A DNA stretch of 64,000 nucleotides from Camelus ferus (lineage: Eukaryota): NCBI RefSeq assembly GCF_009834535.1, contig NC_045712.1, forward strand, positions 31,310,001 through 31,374,000, read 5' to 3'. Shown piece by piece: positions 62,400 to 64,000 of the stretch. Position 1 is the stretch's first letter; each line of letters starts with the position of its first letter. The position numbers were made by a program, and so were the translations under genes. Below the pieces are notes generated by a model, which had not been told where the DNA came from, searched no databases, and saw only the letters and a program-made list of their open reading frames with translations.

Positions 62400-63960
62400 G
62401 GACTCTGGGCGAGCAGCAGAGTTCTTCCACATGTGTTGACGGGACACACGCCTAAAACCAAAGGAGAGAACTGTTGAAAATACAGGAATTTTCAGTTTTT
62501 AAACCAGAAGATTTTTGGTGATGGGAAAAGACAGGCCAGGGAAACGCAAACTAAAACGATGGTGTTGGCAGCAGAGAGGCGGAGTGAGCAACTGCCAGAT
62601 GAGACCCAAGAGTCAGCCAAGTCGCACCCGCCCCGAGGAGAACTGGTAACAAAGTTGGGAGTATATTTGAAAATACAAATAAAGCAGGCAGCTCTTTGGC
62701 AAATCTGATCAAGACTCTCCTGTAACTAGGGGGGAGTCTAACAAGCACACGTTAGGTGTGAGGAGAGGAACCTAACCACAGACAGACGAGATCACACCAG
62801 ACCAGTGGTGAGAATTTTAAATCTCAGTGAAGAGTGTCTCCCGGGAAAATGAATGACTAGAATTGACCTGAGTCATCAAGAAAACCTTGTCTAAGGACAA
62901 CTCATTCCCCAAGATGCCACAGATTTACAAGTAAATTGTTTCAAATCTTCAAGGAACAGATCTGTCTCTATAATTTAAACTGTTGTAGACCTTAGAAAAA
63001 GGAAAAAAATTCATTTTTTTAGTTGACATATGATACAGAAAGATAGTGTAAAAATGGAAAACTAAGGCCCACAGACATGCCAAAACTCTAGAAAAACCAT
63101 CAGCCAGCCCCGTCCAGGGCGTCCTGAGAGCCCCGTGACCGCCGGGGGCGCACCTGGGGAGGCGAGGAGTCCACGTGAGGGGCCATCGTAGGATCGTGGA
63201 AAACCACACAGCGGCCCACCTGGACTTCAGCTCCAGGGGCATTCAGGGAAATCTCACATCCGTTCTTGCTTTTAAAAAAAGGTGAAATAAAGAAACTGAT
63301 GCTTCCTGTACATGACCAAGAAAATGCAGAAGCAGGTATCCACCGGGGAAGAGCCTGCGGTGTTTGCAGTTGAAGTCGGGAGTCAGGGCTGTGAGTGCCA
63401 CCCTGACATGGTGCTGCTGGTGGCCGGGGCACACGTCTGAGGAGGAGGAATGAGACACCAGACGCCTGGGTGCACGGGAGCTTGTGGGGTTGGTAGGTCG
63501 TGCACAAGATGAGTGTGCAAAAAACAACAGCTTTCTTATGTACCAGCAGTAATAAACTTACAATGGAAAACTGCAACAGAAATAACTCGAGGTGTACACA
63601 ATATACAAGGAAAATACAAAAGAGAACAAAAACACTGCAATTTTGGAAGGGATGTTTCCATATTGTGAAGACATTATCTCAGCATTAATTGGTAAAGTTT
63701 ATGTAAATGCAGCAAAAATAGAAAAATATCAAAAATGTTTTCTTTTTGGAACTTGACAGATTACTCTGAATTTCATATTGGAAAAGAAGTGTGTGAGGGA
63801 AGCTGCGTTGCTTTGAGAAAGTGCTGAGCGCAGGGCTTCCCTCAGTATTCAGGAAGGCGGTGCTATGTTGCAGGACCGGGCAGATCAGTGAAACAGGGGC
63901 GCTTCCAAAATGCTGGTGGGGTCCTGAGGTGCGGCCTCGTCTTGGAACTTCTGGCACAGA
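62400..63960 (+). mobile_element. Highly degenerate L1 ORF2 relics in TXNRD3 intron 6
   Basis: TCAAATCTTCAAGGAACAGAT, AATGGAAAACT, GGAACTTGACAGATTACTCTGAATTTCATATTGGAAAA and similar L1 ORF2 motifs. Confidence 0.6.
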
Positions 63961-64000
63961 GTATCTTTCATGAGAACCGGAAACTAAAGGGCACGTGAAG

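Overview
Mammalian genomic DNA, GC-rich and repeat-rich. It is very probably camelid, judged from tRNA-Ala-derived Vic-1-type SINEs and the absence of recognisable BovB, Bov-tA, PRE-1 or Alu elements. Two genes are arranged head-to-head about 20 kb apart, as at human 3q21.3. CHCHD6 (MIC25, MICOS subunit) is on the minus strand: coding exons 1-4 lie in the window and the long intron 4 runs off the left edge. TXNRD3 (thioredoxin-glutathione reductase) is on the plus strand: coding exons 1-6 lie in the window, covering the monothiol glutaredoxin domain, the FAD-binding GGGSGG motif and the CVNVGC redox centre; the Sec codon and SECIS are outside it. The rest is intron and intergenic DNA with L1, L2, MIR, MER58A, MER21, MLT1 and ERV-LTR relics, three SINEs and a 128-N gap. 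I see no prokaryotic system, CRISPR array or convincing new protein-coding gene, and nearly all ORFs in the supplied track are GC-content artefacts. The most interesting points are regulatory: a conserved CUG start of TXNRD3 with a nearby in-frame AUG and an overlapping uORF; a perfect 5x17-bp GC-box repeat in the TXNRD3 promoter; an orphan CpG island with CTCF and ETS-CRE motifs between the genes; a pair of NRF2/Maf-type AREs; a sense solo LTR 1 kb upstream of TXNRD3; a 1.3-kb almost C-free G-rich minisatellite in CHCHD6 intron 2; and a triple AGGTCA (DR2) array. Gene and repeat identities rest on recalled homologue and consensus sequences, not on database searches. Repeat boundaries are approximate.
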